Shown here piece after piece: positions 1-15,975 of a stretch of DNA of 64,000 bases. The notes beneath the pieces are model-generated. The model saw nothing but the letters and a program-made list of their open reading frames with translations, made no database searches and was not told the DNA's origin. Both the position numbers and the translations under genes were made by a program. Origin of the DNA: the human T2T-CHM13v2.0 reference genome, Homo sapiens; assembly GCF_009914755.1 (NCBI RefSeq), contig NC_060938.1. One strand, given 5' to 3'. Positions within the stretch are counted from its first letter, which is position 1; the number at the start of each line of letters is the position of its first letter.

Positions 1-21
1 GGCCATGAATTAAGAAACAAC

Positions 22-273
<252 letters not shown>

Positions 274-675
274 ACTTGAGCAAACGGTGAAAAAATCAAT
301 ACTTGACATGGTAAGATAACCTGTATCAGAAACATGATTCTGGAACAAACACCAATAGGGGAGGGAGAGGGGCCTGGGGGAAGTCCCGATGTGTCAATGT
401 CCAGAGGTGGGCAGGTCTCCAAGCAGACCCTGTGAGGCTGCATGTTCTGAGCATCTGGGCTCGGTGCTGTGCCCAACAGGCCCAGGCAAGGGGACAGCCA
501 CAGGGGCCTGGGTGGCATCCCCAACACCAGGAGTGAAAGCAAGACTCCTGAGCCAAACCTCCTTCCCGCAAAGGCTGAGGAAATGATGGCCGCTCCTGAA
601 ACAGGAGAAAAGCCCCAGCAAATCAAGGTCTTGACTCAAGTCCTAGAGAAGGAAGCCTCAGAGAACAGAAAGACT

Positions 676-744
676 GTGTACACACACACACTCACACACA
701 CTCTCACACTCACACACTCTCACACTCATACTCACACACACACA
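676..744. repeat. Compound (CA)n/(CT) microsatellite
   Basis: cacacacacactcacacacactctcacactcacacactct... Confidence 0.9.
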
Positions 745-1613
745 TTCTCTCCATCTCCTTGCCCTGGCTGAACTCCAACTCTGCTAATTACATCAAACCC
801 ACCTTTCGCCCTCTGCAACACCTGCAATTAACCCTGAATCTCTGCTTCCTGCCGCTCTGGGGTGAGGGGTGAAGTCTGAGGCCAGCTGCTCCCTGTTCCA
901 CCCTCCGCCCAACCCCGGAAGTTTCAGAGGTGCCTGAAGCAACCCGGTCCCTTCCTCTGGGCTCCAGGCTGGTGTGAAGCCGGGTTATCACGGGAGCCCA
1001 CACTCCCAGCTGGGGGGCACACCACACGCAGCACCCCCACCCCACTGCGGGTGCAGATCCTGACTGGCCCTGCCAGCCTTTACAGGACAGCACGTCCACC
1101 TGCAGCAAGTTACCTCCCTACATGATTCTAGAAAGCCTGGCTTTTAGAAAGAAGCTTCTCCAAGCAGCTGATGATGAAGAAAACTTGCAGCTTTCCGGGG
1201 CTGTTTCCTGATCTTGCTCCATGAGCCTTGGTTTCCTAATCTATCGAATGGAGACAGTAATTTCTTCTTTATAATACCGAAGTAACAGTGAAAAATGACG
1301 AGGCTCTAAAGCCCCCAGCATGGGCACTCAGTAAAGGTTAAGCTCCCTCCCATTCATCTCTCAGCCTTTTGATTTGGGCACAGATCTGAGTCCCACAGTT
1401 CCTCGCTGCTATCTGATATGCCTGGACAGCATTTCTTCTGACAACAAAAAGGAGAGAAAAGAAAGGAAAACAAGTCCAACTGGCACTCTAACAGCTTACA
1501 GAAACCAAATCTGCCTCCCAAGAGGTTTGGGCGTTCAGCACACCACCAGGTCCTCAGCCCGTTTGCTTCACCCCTGGCCAACAGTTGAACCACTGAGCTT
1601 GTAACACCAACAC

Positions 1614-1915
1614 TGGCTGGCATGGTGGCTCACGCCTGTAACCCCAACACCTTGGGAGGCCAAGGCAGGAGGATCGCTTGAGCCCAGGAGTTTGAGTAGC
1701 CTGGCCAACACAGTGAGACCCCATCTCTACAAAAAATACAAAAATAATTAGCTGGGCATGGTGGTGCACACCTGTAGTCCCAGCTACTTGGTAGATTGAG
1801 GCTGGAGGATTGCTTGAGCCCAGGAGTTTGAGGTTACAATGAGCTATGATCGCGCCACTGCACTCCAGCATGGGTGACAGAGTGAGACCCTGTCTCAAAA
1901 ATAAATAAATAAAAA
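1614..1915 (+). mobile_element. AluJ-like
   Basis: Dimeric Alu with (TAAA)n tail. Confidence 0.9.
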
Positions 1916-2795
1916 GGTAAAATAAATAATTGAAAGAAATACAAGCAGCAGGAGCCAGCAGGACAGGGAGCACCACAGGCTGGGAGTGCAGGCCTTTTGT
2001 TAAGTGTGGAAAGGGTGATTCTAGTGGCCCTGAGAGCTGCAGCCCTCTTGTCTGGCTGATCAGGAAGCTACTGCCAGCAGCCTGCAGCCCTGGGGGCGCA
2101 CAGGTCTGCTGCAGAGCATGGCTTTCCTCGGCCCAGACGGCTGTTCCTGCTCCTCTAGGGTGCTTGCTCCAGGTGGGCACTGAGCCGCCCACAGCTGAGT
2201 GGTCTCCTGGGCCTCGGGCAGCCCTGTGTGCTGGTGCCCTCTCTCCTCAGGGGTTCTCCTCTCTGCGGACCACTCTCCCTCTGGTCCTCCCACTTGGGGG
2301 ACTCCTCACTGTCATCTTGGGGAGTCCCATGTGCTCTGCCCAGCCCTAACCCTGGGGCCTGCTCCCACCTCCTTGGCCATGGGCAGTTCTCATTCTCCAT
2401 GCCTGCTTGTGACTCTTGAGCCAACCTCCCCATGGCTCCCATCTGCATTCCCAGCCAGGAACGCTCAGATCCACCTGACCGACACCAGTGACACCAAGCT
2501 GGCTTGCTCCCCACTAAGCCCACTTCTCCTCACCCAGAGCCCCAGGCCCACCCAGAGAACAGCACCAACGCCCCAACCCCAAGTCACACCAGGAACCCAC
2601 GGACCCCTCAGCCCTGGATTCCCACATCTGGGCTGGATCCCCATAGAGTCTCCTAGAGCTCGTCCTTCTCTCTGCTGCCGTGGCCACAGTCCAGGGCCCT
2701 GCCACCTGCCAACCCCTCCCAACACCTGTGCATTCTCCAAATGGGAGCAGGAGTTTTCTTTCCTAAGCTCTCTCTTTTAGAAGTTCAGGTTCCTA

Positions 2796-3194
<399 letters not shown>

Positions 3195-4464
3195 TTATGT
3201 CTCCAAAGCTCTGCAGGTGCCGCTCTTCCCCAGAGGACACCCCTTCCCTGCCAGTCAACCCCACCAGCCGCAGGCAGACATTTCCCCCGAGAAAGCTCTC
3301 CAGGATCCCTGCTCCCCAGGCCTGTGTCTGGCCATATCCCATGTCCTGCGTACACAGGTGTTATTGCAGCTGATTTACCTGGCCACTCTCCCACCCCACA
3401 AAACGTGAGCATCTCGGGCATGGAGAGGACAAGAAAGAGAAACAGAAAGAGGAAGAGCCGGTAACCTGTCAAGTCCCACCCACCTGGGGGCCACCAGAGC
3501 TTCCACATCCTGCATTTCCTTCTTCTATTATACAAGCTCTAGCTAGGGAATGGGGATCGGGAGGAGGACGGGGGACCCCCCGCAGACCATTGCCCTCCTC
3601 AGGCACATCTCCCAGCAGTCTGGAGGGTTCGCTCTTGAATTCTGAACGGACTGCAAACCTTCACATGGAAGCTGACTGTGACCTCCGGATGGTTGGGTCC
3701 ACAAAAGCTCCCGCTGCCGACATGGGGACAGAGCCCAGGCCAGAGCTGGACTCCCGGCCACAGCCAGGCCCTGCCCCTAATGGCTGCCTTGTTCTCTAAC
3801 CCCACTACGATTCCCTCAGGCAGTCCTGCTGGAGAGATCCCCAAAAGGCACTCAAGATCCTCCAACAAAAACGAAGTCCACCCAGACATTGCAAACACAA
3901 CCTCAGGACCTCACCGCCTGGCAGGGACTCGAGAATCTTCAGCATGCAATAGCAATTTGTTAAAATAGCTGCATTTTAACCAACACAATCACAAAGGGTG
4001 AAGAACACAAATGGGTAACTGACCAAAGAAAAAGGAAAAAACCTATAAATAAGGCTATTTTGGCAGTAAGTAGCAAAAATTCTCAAAGTATTCATGTCCT
4101 TTGACCTAGGAACTCCCTGCTAAGGAAATAAGAACATTTGTTGAATGACTTATGTACCAAGTATGTTCACAGCGGTATGGTTTATAATTCTGAGACAATG
4201 ATAGTAGTTACACCCACACGATAAAATGTTACACAGACACCAAAATTCATATTATGAAAGAGTATTTAATGGCAGGGAAAAGCTTTCTCACTGCCTGGTA
4301 AATGAAAAAAAGGCAGGTTACAAACAGTATAATGATACGAGCCACACTTTAGAAACACACACACACAAAGCAAGCACAAGTACCAAAATGCTGGCAGTGG
4401 TATACCTAGGTGTTGAGATAACAGGTGAACTTAAGTTTCTTTCTACTTCCTAATCCATAGTAAG

Positions 4465-4588
4465 AATATATATATTTATATATTATATATTATATAATAT
4501 ATACATTATATATATTATATATTATATACATTATATATTATAATGTATATATTTATTATATATTACATATATTATATATATATATATT
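4465..4588. repeat. AT-rich (TA)n-type low-complexity repeat adjoining an Alu tail
   Basis: About 120 bp almost entirely A/T. Confidence 0.9.
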
Positions 4589-4875
4589 TTTTGAGACGGA
4601 GCCTTACTCTGTCGCGCAGGCTGGAGTGTAGCGGCACGATCTTGGCTCACCGCAACCTCTGCCTCCCAGGATCACGCCATTCTCCTGCCTCAACCTCCTG
4701 AGTAGCTGGGACTACAGTCGCCCACCACCACACCAGGCTAATTTTTTTGTATTTTTAGTAGAGACAGGGTTTCACCATGTTAGCCAGGATGGTCTCTATC
4801 TCCTGACCTCATGATCCGTCTGCCTTGGCCTCCCAAAGTGCTGGGATTACAGGCGTGAGCCACCGCACCTGGCCA
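4588..4875 (-). mobile_element. AluY/Sc-like
   Basis: Antisense Alu, TTAGCCAGGATGGTCTC. Confidence 0.9.
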
Positions 4876-5239
4876 GAAAATATTTTTATAATCAAAAATG
4901 TTATTTTTAATTTCCTCACAATGTGGACATGAGCTACAAAATAAAAAATGTGGCCCTCCTCTTTAACCTTTGAAGTCAAAAGTGGAGAAACTAATGTCTC
5001 CTCTGCAAATTCTGTACAACGTATTATTACTCCTAAAGCAAATGCCTCTTGTACCAGTAGCCATTGCCTGAGTGGACTCTAAGTTCCCTTGAATCCTGTC
5101 CCTGCCCATCAAAGCAGTTAAGTGGACTAAACCCTCTAGACCACACAAATGAAACACAGCCACAAGTTTAACGTGTTCTTTCCACCAACAATGTCAAATG
5201 GACATTTCCTTCTATTCTCGCTTTTGACAAAAGATTTTC

Positions 5240-5548
<309 letters not shown>

Positions 5549-6877
5549 TTAAAAGACTTTCCTTCTTCAAACAAAATGTCCACATTTCTTAAAGATAATC
5601 CTAATTTTTAGTAAACAGAGCATGCTTATCTAATACAACTACCACAGAGGCTGACATCTCAGAAACAAGGCTGAGCAGAGGAAGAAGTTACAGGCAGTGT
5701 GCTGCCGTTTATGGAAGTCTCGAAGAAAGATCACACAAAGCTGTGTGTGTGTGTACACAAGTGTGTATAGTGTGCACACACGCATATATATACAACACAC
5801 ACACATAAACACAGCAAGCGGATAAAAGTGTTAAGTAGATACCACCCAATTAATGAGAGGTGTTAACCCCAGGAAGGGAGAGGACAACAGGGCTTAGTAG
5901 TGGCTGCTGGGAACGTCTATCTCAAGAGAAAATTTTTATTTCTTAAAAAAGGAAAAGGTCTCAAGCAAATATGGAAAAATAGAACCGTATGTTCATATTT
6001 ATTTTGAACGACAGGTATGTGAGTGTTCGTTATGACCACTTGTACTGTTTTATTTTTAATTCTTCAAAACAATAAAGGAAAAAGAAAAGGGCTGGGAGAA
6101 GCTAAGGCACCCGGGCTGTATTTATTCTGCTGTTTCACTTGAGATAAGGAACCTTCTGGCCTTGTGCCCATGCTAGAGGCCAGAAGTCAGAGAGCCGAGC
6201 TCAAGGAACCCAGAAAGCTAAACTTCCTTGAGCTGATCGTAAACTCTAAATCTCCTCTAAATCTCGCAGTTTCTGGTCACCATGCAACTGTAGCATTTCA
6301 GGCCCACCCCCTTTTGCTTGAAGGAGGGCACTCAGGAGGCTCAGAGAAGGAGAGCAGCCCGCCCAGAGAGACGGCGGGACCCCAGCCTTGCTGCCTCTGC
6401 ACCTGGCGAGGAGAGGCGCATGAAGAAACAGCAAATTCCTCATTTCAGAGTGAATCCAATGGGTAAGTCCCCACATCCATCCAAGGGTCCCGATCTCACT
6501 GGATGAGATATCCACGTGTGGACTCGATGACAAAGACATACGTCTCCAACAACACACAGGGAATGTATCCAGGCCACCATCTGAAGTGCTTCCCGCCATA
6601 CAAAGCCAAAGAAACCTCAGAAACTTCACATGACAATGAGGCCCTTTCCAGACAAGGCGCCGGACTGAAGGTGTCCAGGGCAGGGAATGGGGATGGGATG
6701 CCAGGCACAACCCCAGAGCACAGACAGGCCAGCCACTGCTGCACAGGGCGGACTTCTGCTGGAACAGCCTCACTTTCAGCCTGACTCCACTATCTGCATT
6801 TAATGTAAACATTCAAGGCTCTTAATGAAAAAAGTGAACCATTACATAAATCCAAAATTTAATTTTAACAAAAGCCA

Positions 6878-7176
6878 GGCCAGACGCCGTGAGCCTTACA
6901 GGCTCGTGCCTATAAGCCCAGCACTTTGGGTGGCCAAGGCAGGAGGACTGCTTGAGCTCCCAAGTTTGAGACCAGCCTGGCCAACATAGTGAAACCCTGT
7001 CTCTACTAAAAATACAAAAAGTAGCCAGGCGTGGTGGTGCCCACTGGTGGTCCCAGCTACTCGGGAGGCTGAGGTAGGAGGATCGCCTGAGCCCAGTGGA
7101 GGGGGAGGTTGCAGTGAGCTAAGACTATACCACTGCACTCTAGCCTGGGCGACAGAGAGAGACCCTATCTCAAAAA
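6878..7176 (+). mobile_element. AluJ-like
   Basis: Dimeric Alu. Confidence 0.88.
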
Positions 7177-7671
7177 ATTAAATTAAATTTTTAAAATGCC
7201 AGATGAAAAGGAGGTTGGCTGTTGAATGAGTAAAACAAGCATCGGAGGACACAGGGTAAACCTGGCCAGCCAGGCTGAGGCAGCGTGGGGCTCTGGCCCA
7301 GCCTTGCCTGTCCTCCAGGCTGCTCAGCAGATATCCCATTTGAGGGTGCTGTCCTAAAGCCGGTGTCCCCACATTGGACAGGCCAGCCTTTTCTTCTCCA
7401 AAATGCAGAGACTGACCCAGGTGCTCTCTCTCCAAGGCTTTGTCCTACTCTGGCTTTCTCTGCCCCTTCTCAGCTACCCCCTCAACACCCCCTGCTCCCT
7501 CTGGTAACCGCATCCTCTCCTTCCCCTCCTCCAGTCTGAGACCCTGCCTTCCTGTCCTGGGGCGGTGAGACGTGAATCTGGTGTATGTGATGGAGAAGGG
7601 TCACCTGGTGAGGACTGAGCTCCTTCTACCCAGGAGATTCAGCTCAACGTGACTCTTCTAGAAATCACCAG

Positions 7672-7845
7672 AAATGTTCTAACCCATTGGTTCCAGTGGT
7701 TCCCATGGGCATGTGCGTCAGAATCACCTGGGGGCCTGTTAAAATACAGACTCCCAACTTACATGCAGGCCCAACAATCTGCATCTCTAACAAGCTCCCA
7801 GCGCGGCTGCAGATCTGGGGACCATCCTTTGAAGAACCACCACTC
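7672..7845. mobile_element. MER5A-like DNA transposon remnant (related fragments at about 7850-8330 and 32060-32500)
   Basis: CAGAATCACCTGGGGG..AATCTGCATCTCTAACAAGCTCCCA..CTTTGAAGAACCAC motifs. Confidence 0.6.
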
Positions 7846-7921
7846 TCACCCACTGATTCTCAATCCTGTTGGAATGGTGAGACTCAAGAAGCTGGGAAAT
7901 TTTTGAAAGTGCAGATTCCTT

Positions 7922-8323
<402 letters not shown>

Positions 8324-10753
8324 TCAGCCACACTGGTTTCCACCCACTTGCTGACCTATGCCCTGCTCAGGAAAAGGTCAAGGACCCTTTGCCTCCCCAG
8401 GTTCTCAGAGGTCAACTTGAGCATCCTAGCGACACGGCCCACGCTCTTTAGGAAAGGCCTGGCCTTCCAGACTGTCACTGCTCCAGTGTGCCGCAGAGAA
8501 GAAGGGGACAGTTAGGGGCACAGAGCCATCTCCTGGCAAACAAAACCCAGAGCCAGAATGCGCGACCTTGATGTGTCTACCAAAAAGCCACAGGTGAGAG
8601 GGAGGCCCGCCCACGCAGCACCCCAGTCAGAGTAAGGAACAAGGTTTGTCCCACTTCATTCCAAGCCCTCAGGACCTTCGGGGCTACTTTCCCAAGAAGA
8701 GGCCGGGCGGCAGCTTTACGGAAATGTTCTGGAATACCCCTTTACTATAATAACCGGTTATGTTTGTGCTATAATGTTAGGTGGGAGGGAAAAAAGGCAG
8801 GATACGCAATTGTATATATGGCAACAACCACAATGGCATAAAACAAAAACTATTCACTCAAGAACTGAAAGGAAATACTACAAACGTTAACGGCGATTGT
8901 CTCTGGGTGCTGGGCTGATGGGTGGGTCTTTTCTCTTGCTACTTGTCTGTTTTCTAAGCTGTTTACAAAGAGCACGTACAGTATGACCTATATAACAAAA
9001 ACTTTATTTTGTTATAAATTGGAAGGAAAAAAAACACACAGCAGAACACCGTCCACATGGAATGTGTCAGCCCTGAACACAAGCGTCCTGTCAGCTTCCT
9101 TCAAGAGGGCAGGACTGAGACGCAGTGACCACTCCCTGGTCAGCAGCAAGTACTGTCAGCATACACTGACTGACCATTTGCTCTGAGCTGGGCCGAGACT
9201 GCCAGCGCACACCAGCCCAGTCCTCCAAGAGCTCCCAGCACAAAAGGAGGGAGAGCAGGGATGCAGGGTCCTCTTTCCATCTGGAAGTCCTTCTGGACCC
9301 TGAGGGTGGGCTGGCCATCTTTTACTTTGTGTGGCCACTTCCCATCTTCTGGAACTCTGCACAGTACCCCAAGAACAGCAAACTGCTTCTCAAACCCACA
9401 CAGTCTCAAGTGAGTGTCAAGTCCATTTTGCCCGGCCCAGAGCTGGATGGACCCTCAGAGTGGCTGGTCACCAACAGCAGAAGTCCTCCTGGACTGGCAG
9501 GGCCAGAGGATGGCATTTCTATGGCCAAACAGCTTGCAGCAAGAGCCTCACTGCCCCATGCTACTCACAAAGACCTTCAGAAACCTCACCTCCATTTGAG
9601 ACCTTCATCAATCCAAGCTCACCCAAGAGCTCACAGTGCAGGAGGAGGGAGGACAGGGATGCAGACACCTGCCCAGTGCTATACCACTGGCTCTGGCCAG
9701 CCCTGCCCATTCCCTCCCATGACCCTCCAAACTGGAAACTCAGTTGCCCACTGAAACTCCACTCAGGTATCACCTCCTCCAAGAAGACTTCCCCAACTGC
9801 CCGCACGCAGGCTGGGTTAGGGGGTCTTGCCTCTTGAACTTTCAGCACTATGTGCTTCCCCTAGCACTCAGCACAGAGTCCTGAAAGCACTTGCCTGTCA
9901 CGAATGGCACCTGCAGACAGGGCCCATGCCCTGCGTATCTGCTGAGCAGCCGGCACAGCCACCAGGCCCTCATCACAGATGCCCAGGTCATTGACAGCAC
10001 CATTGCCTTTACCCCACTGCCCCTGTGCATGGCTGTCGCGAGGGAGACGCCAGCAGAAATGCCCCTGCCTATAGCATACACCATGCTGAGTGTGGCTCCC
10101 CTTCAAATCCCCAGAGCCAACTCTCACAGGCTCCCACACCAGCCCTCCAGGCCTCTCCCTGACCCTCGGCCCCCACCTCAGACATCTGGAACTAAAGGGA
10201 TGGGGCTGGTTCTAAGCTTCCCAGATGCAATGTCCAGAGAGCCCATAGTGCCCCTCTCCCAATGGTCTCTGGACTGAGCACAGATGGCTCACTGAACTGG
10301 CCCACACAGGCAAACTACGCCAGCCCCCCCCACCCAACAGGAGGAGGACGGAAACAACCATCTCAGAAAACCCAGGCCATTGTCCACTCCCTCCCTCTCA
10401 CGTTCAGTTTCAAATTCATGTTGAAACAGAAGCAACCACAGCCCTCAACAGGAACTGGGCCCAGCACAAAGCCCAATGCCACAGCACACATTCTGCCTGG
10501 CAGCCCACCCAGCAGTCCCTCAGCAGACCCCAGAACCAGCAACCACTGCACAAGGGCAGAAGGGGAGTCACGGCTGGCCAGACGGCTTCCTCATGTCAAC
10601 AGAGGCCTCACAACATCCAAAGATGCTCCCGAATCCCAGAACCAAGACTAAGTTACAGCCCAGGAAGCCAAGTGCGAGGCACAGGTCCCAGGCGGAGTCT
10701 GGTCACATGTTTAGTGAAACGCTGGCGTGAATCTGGGAGGCAGTTGTTCTTGA

Positions 10754-11318
<565 letters not shown>

Positions 11319-11898
11319 GGGATATTAAAGAGCAAATCCCCATCAGGCTGGCTTGACTGTCCCATTGACCACACAGATCAGATGCGGTAAACACTTGAAA
11401 GACAGACGCTCCCTAAGCCCAGTGCTCCTGCTTGCAGCTAGAGGTGGGTTAATCACATTCTTGGTCCCATCTTCATAACCCTCCAGTGGTTCCTCCTCTC
11501 CCTCAACCCTTGAATGGCTCCTGTATAAAGAGCCACTGAGCCAGGGGCTGCGGATAACCACCTCAGGGTCACCTTCAGGAAGCCCATTCCAGCCAGTCCC
11601 CACTCAACTGCATTCTCGGGGCAGAGGCTGCAAACTGAGGCTCCTCTCTGGGACCTTCACAGCATATAGCACGATGCTACACACAGCTCAAAGAACATTC
11701 ACCAAACAAAGGAAATCAACGCACCATCTCATCCTCACACATGCCCCAACAAAGGGTTCACATGAAAGCAGACCAACTGTCAACAAGTAGAGGCCTAAAC
11801 ATAAGCACCGTTTCCTCCCGGCCTCCTGTGGGAAAACCGTGACAGTGACGATACTGATGGACACACATCAGAATTCCCGACAGCAGAACTGCCCTTAC

Positions 11899-12007
11899 CT
11901 GGTAGTAGGTCTTAATGTTTCTCACCAAGATGGTCAAATTCTGAATGCGAAGGTTCACATCATTGTTGACGTGCTTATTGATGCGTTGATTTGTGGGCCT
12001 GGGATCT
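11899..12007 (-). CDS. CCDC88C: CCDC88C coding exon 3 (109 nt), (I)[36 protein letters not shown]
   Basis: Acceptor tttcttcccctag|A, donor CAG|gtaagg; completes the split ATA codon from exon 2; peptide visible inside ORF 11758..12162(-). Confidence 0.96.
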
Positions 12008-12427
12008 CTAGGGGAAGAAACACGAGAATGGAAATTGCATCTCCCAGCAGCTGCCACACTTCCTTTCCCAGCCACGACCCAGCATCTTGTCCTCCAGTCC
12101 CTAGGTGACCATGAGGCTGTGCTGTGGCAGTTGTGGTTCAAGTCAAATCCCAATCCTGCCACTGCTAAGCCAGGACCTCAGGTGGGCCACATCGCCTTTC
12201 TGCTCCCTGACCCGAGCACCTGGCCCACCGCAGGCCCTCAGTCAGTGCTGTTTCCATTCCCACCGTTCCTAGCACCCACAAAAACCAACCACATATCAGT
12301 GCAGACCCCAAATGTTATACTGTATAAAACCAACCCAGCCAAATATATTTCAAGATTAAAAGAATTAAAAGCTGAACAAAGAAAAATATGTGAAATATCA
12401 AGAAAGACAGAAGGAGAAAAATGGTAG

Positions 12428-13046
<619 letters not shown>

Positions 13047-14790
13047 TAATTCGCCAATAAAATCATAATGTTCCATTAAACACAGGTCTCCCTCTGTCAT
13101 GCGAATTGGTCTTGGGCTGGTCCTCCCTGTGATTTACAAATTCCAGGGACAAAAATCCTATCTTGAGAAACTGGCATAAACAATCTATGGCACTCTATGG
13201 TGTACAATGCACCCTGTAAGAAATGCTAAGAGACACAATTAATTCATGTGGGGAATCCCCGAAGTGTCATTTATTTTCCAACCTCAGGCAAAAGTTGGGT
13301 CTGGCTGTGATGAAACTAGAAATCTACATCAAGTGATGTATCATGTCCCTCCCTCATCTATATACAGGACATTTCTCAAAATGCTCAGTGTCAGAAAACG
13401 TTCCCCATTAGACAAGAGCACTCAGCATTACTGAGTTCGCTTCCACCCTTCCACAGACTGTGCGCTGCTTTTCATAACAAAGGCCTCCCTTCCATCTGAC
13501 AGTCCCAAGACACCGCAAAGGATGGCTAATTCAAAGGAGAGCCTGTCTTCACAGTTTCTTCTGTTATCCAGACCCCGTGATGAAGGTGCTGAGCCTCTTG
13601 GGGGTTAGTGTGGGGAGTTAAGGAAATCAATCTCAATGCCATCTGGCTCATTCAAAGCCAATAATTAGTAGAAAATTGACAAAGGAAAAAAAAACCCTAC
13701 AAATCGAAAACGTTTCAAATGTTTCTGGAAGTACAGTGATGGAGTGTGGCCAAGTCATTTACATGTTACATGTTTCTCTTGGAGTCATGCATAACTGAGA
13801 AAATAAAGGTTAAGAGTTCTGTGGAAATTAATTCAGGAAAAGAAGAGGCATTCAGAATTTAAACTGCAAAGGCATTTTTAGCTACAGAAGTGTTCCTGGC
13901 AGCATAAAGTAATTTATCTTAAAGGTACAATTCCCCTCCCTTTACTGTAGATACCTTAAAAGATGAAAATCAATTTCACAGTGACAAATGCACTTCTTAA
14001 AATAGCAGAACTCAGAGAACATGCAGCGCTTTTTCTGTTTTGTTTCTTCTTTCTTTGGTCTTTGTCATTGTAGACCCATCTTTCATTGAAGTCAGACGGG
14101 ACCACCCCAGGAGTGGCCAGGAGCCGAAAGCCTCAGTATACATCGTGGACATCTCCAGCACGTGCAAAGGCATAGCATACACTCAGGGTCGGGAACCTGG
14201 GAGTCCCCTCACATCACAGCATAGAAGCCTCTGACCATCCCTGCTATTGTTCTCCCCAGTTCTTGCAAGAAATAGCTCACTGAAACAACTCTAAAAGAAC
14301 CCTGACATTTACTGTATGAGTAATTAAGCTACTTACCGTGATTATTACGACTCCCTCCTTTAACTAAGCCTCTCTGGGTAGAGAGCTATCAGGACACTAA
14401 TCAAAACAAAAGCCTCAACTACAGTTAAGGCAGGCACATCTCAATCTCCACTCTGCCCAGCACCCCCGTAACTCCCACCTTTCCATGCTGTACAAAATGG
14501 GAATCAAGAGACATGGGTTCTAGCCCAGGTCCCAAGCCCAGCCAAAGCTCACTGGGCTTCAGTGTTCTCATCTGCAAAATGGCTACAGGATCCTTCCGGC
14601 CTTCAAAGTCTATATGGTTCCATGAAGCCTACATCTGCAGTAGCAAACGTGGACTGTACTTGCTTCTGTACCACAGGAAGATGTTATTATAACCGCTAAA
14701 CAACTGCACTTCCCCAAAAGTTGTCATTCAGAACAACAATCATCTTTATATGATAGTCCTAAAACTTAAAAGGCCAACACTCTAGTATCA

Positions 14791-15243
<453 letters not shown>

Positions 15244-15579
15244 CTAGAATTTTAAAAAGAGTTATAATTTAGGCTTACAGTAACCTTGCCCCCCTCCTTT
15301 GGGAAAGCCAGCCCCCAACTTTTGGTCATATTCCAAAAACTTCCTAAATTTAAAGCTAAATCAAGAAACTATGTATTGACACAGAGAGATATCCCTAATT
15401 TATCACAGGTTAAAAAACATGCTAAATGTTTTTATATATGTTTAATGTATTTTTATACAAATATGGACCCATGCTAAAAAACAATAGCAAGAGTCCATAT
15501 TTGTATAAAAATATTAATACATTAAGGACACGTATTAATATATATCATAGATAACATTCGGAAGGCACTAGAATATTGA

Positions 15580-15975
<396 letters not shown>

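Noticed and set aside
3355-3376. CAGGTGTTATTGCAGCTGATT reading QVLLQLI, reminiscent of the next Daple residues
   Set aside because: Wrong strand (plus) and similarity does not extend; chance
4465-4588. AT-rich self-complementary tract as a functional cruciform
   Set aside because: Typical decay or expansion product beside an Alu tail; nothing indicates function
11758-12162. 134-aa ORF as a standalone gene
   Set aside because: It is CCDC88C exon 3 plus read-through into flanking introns
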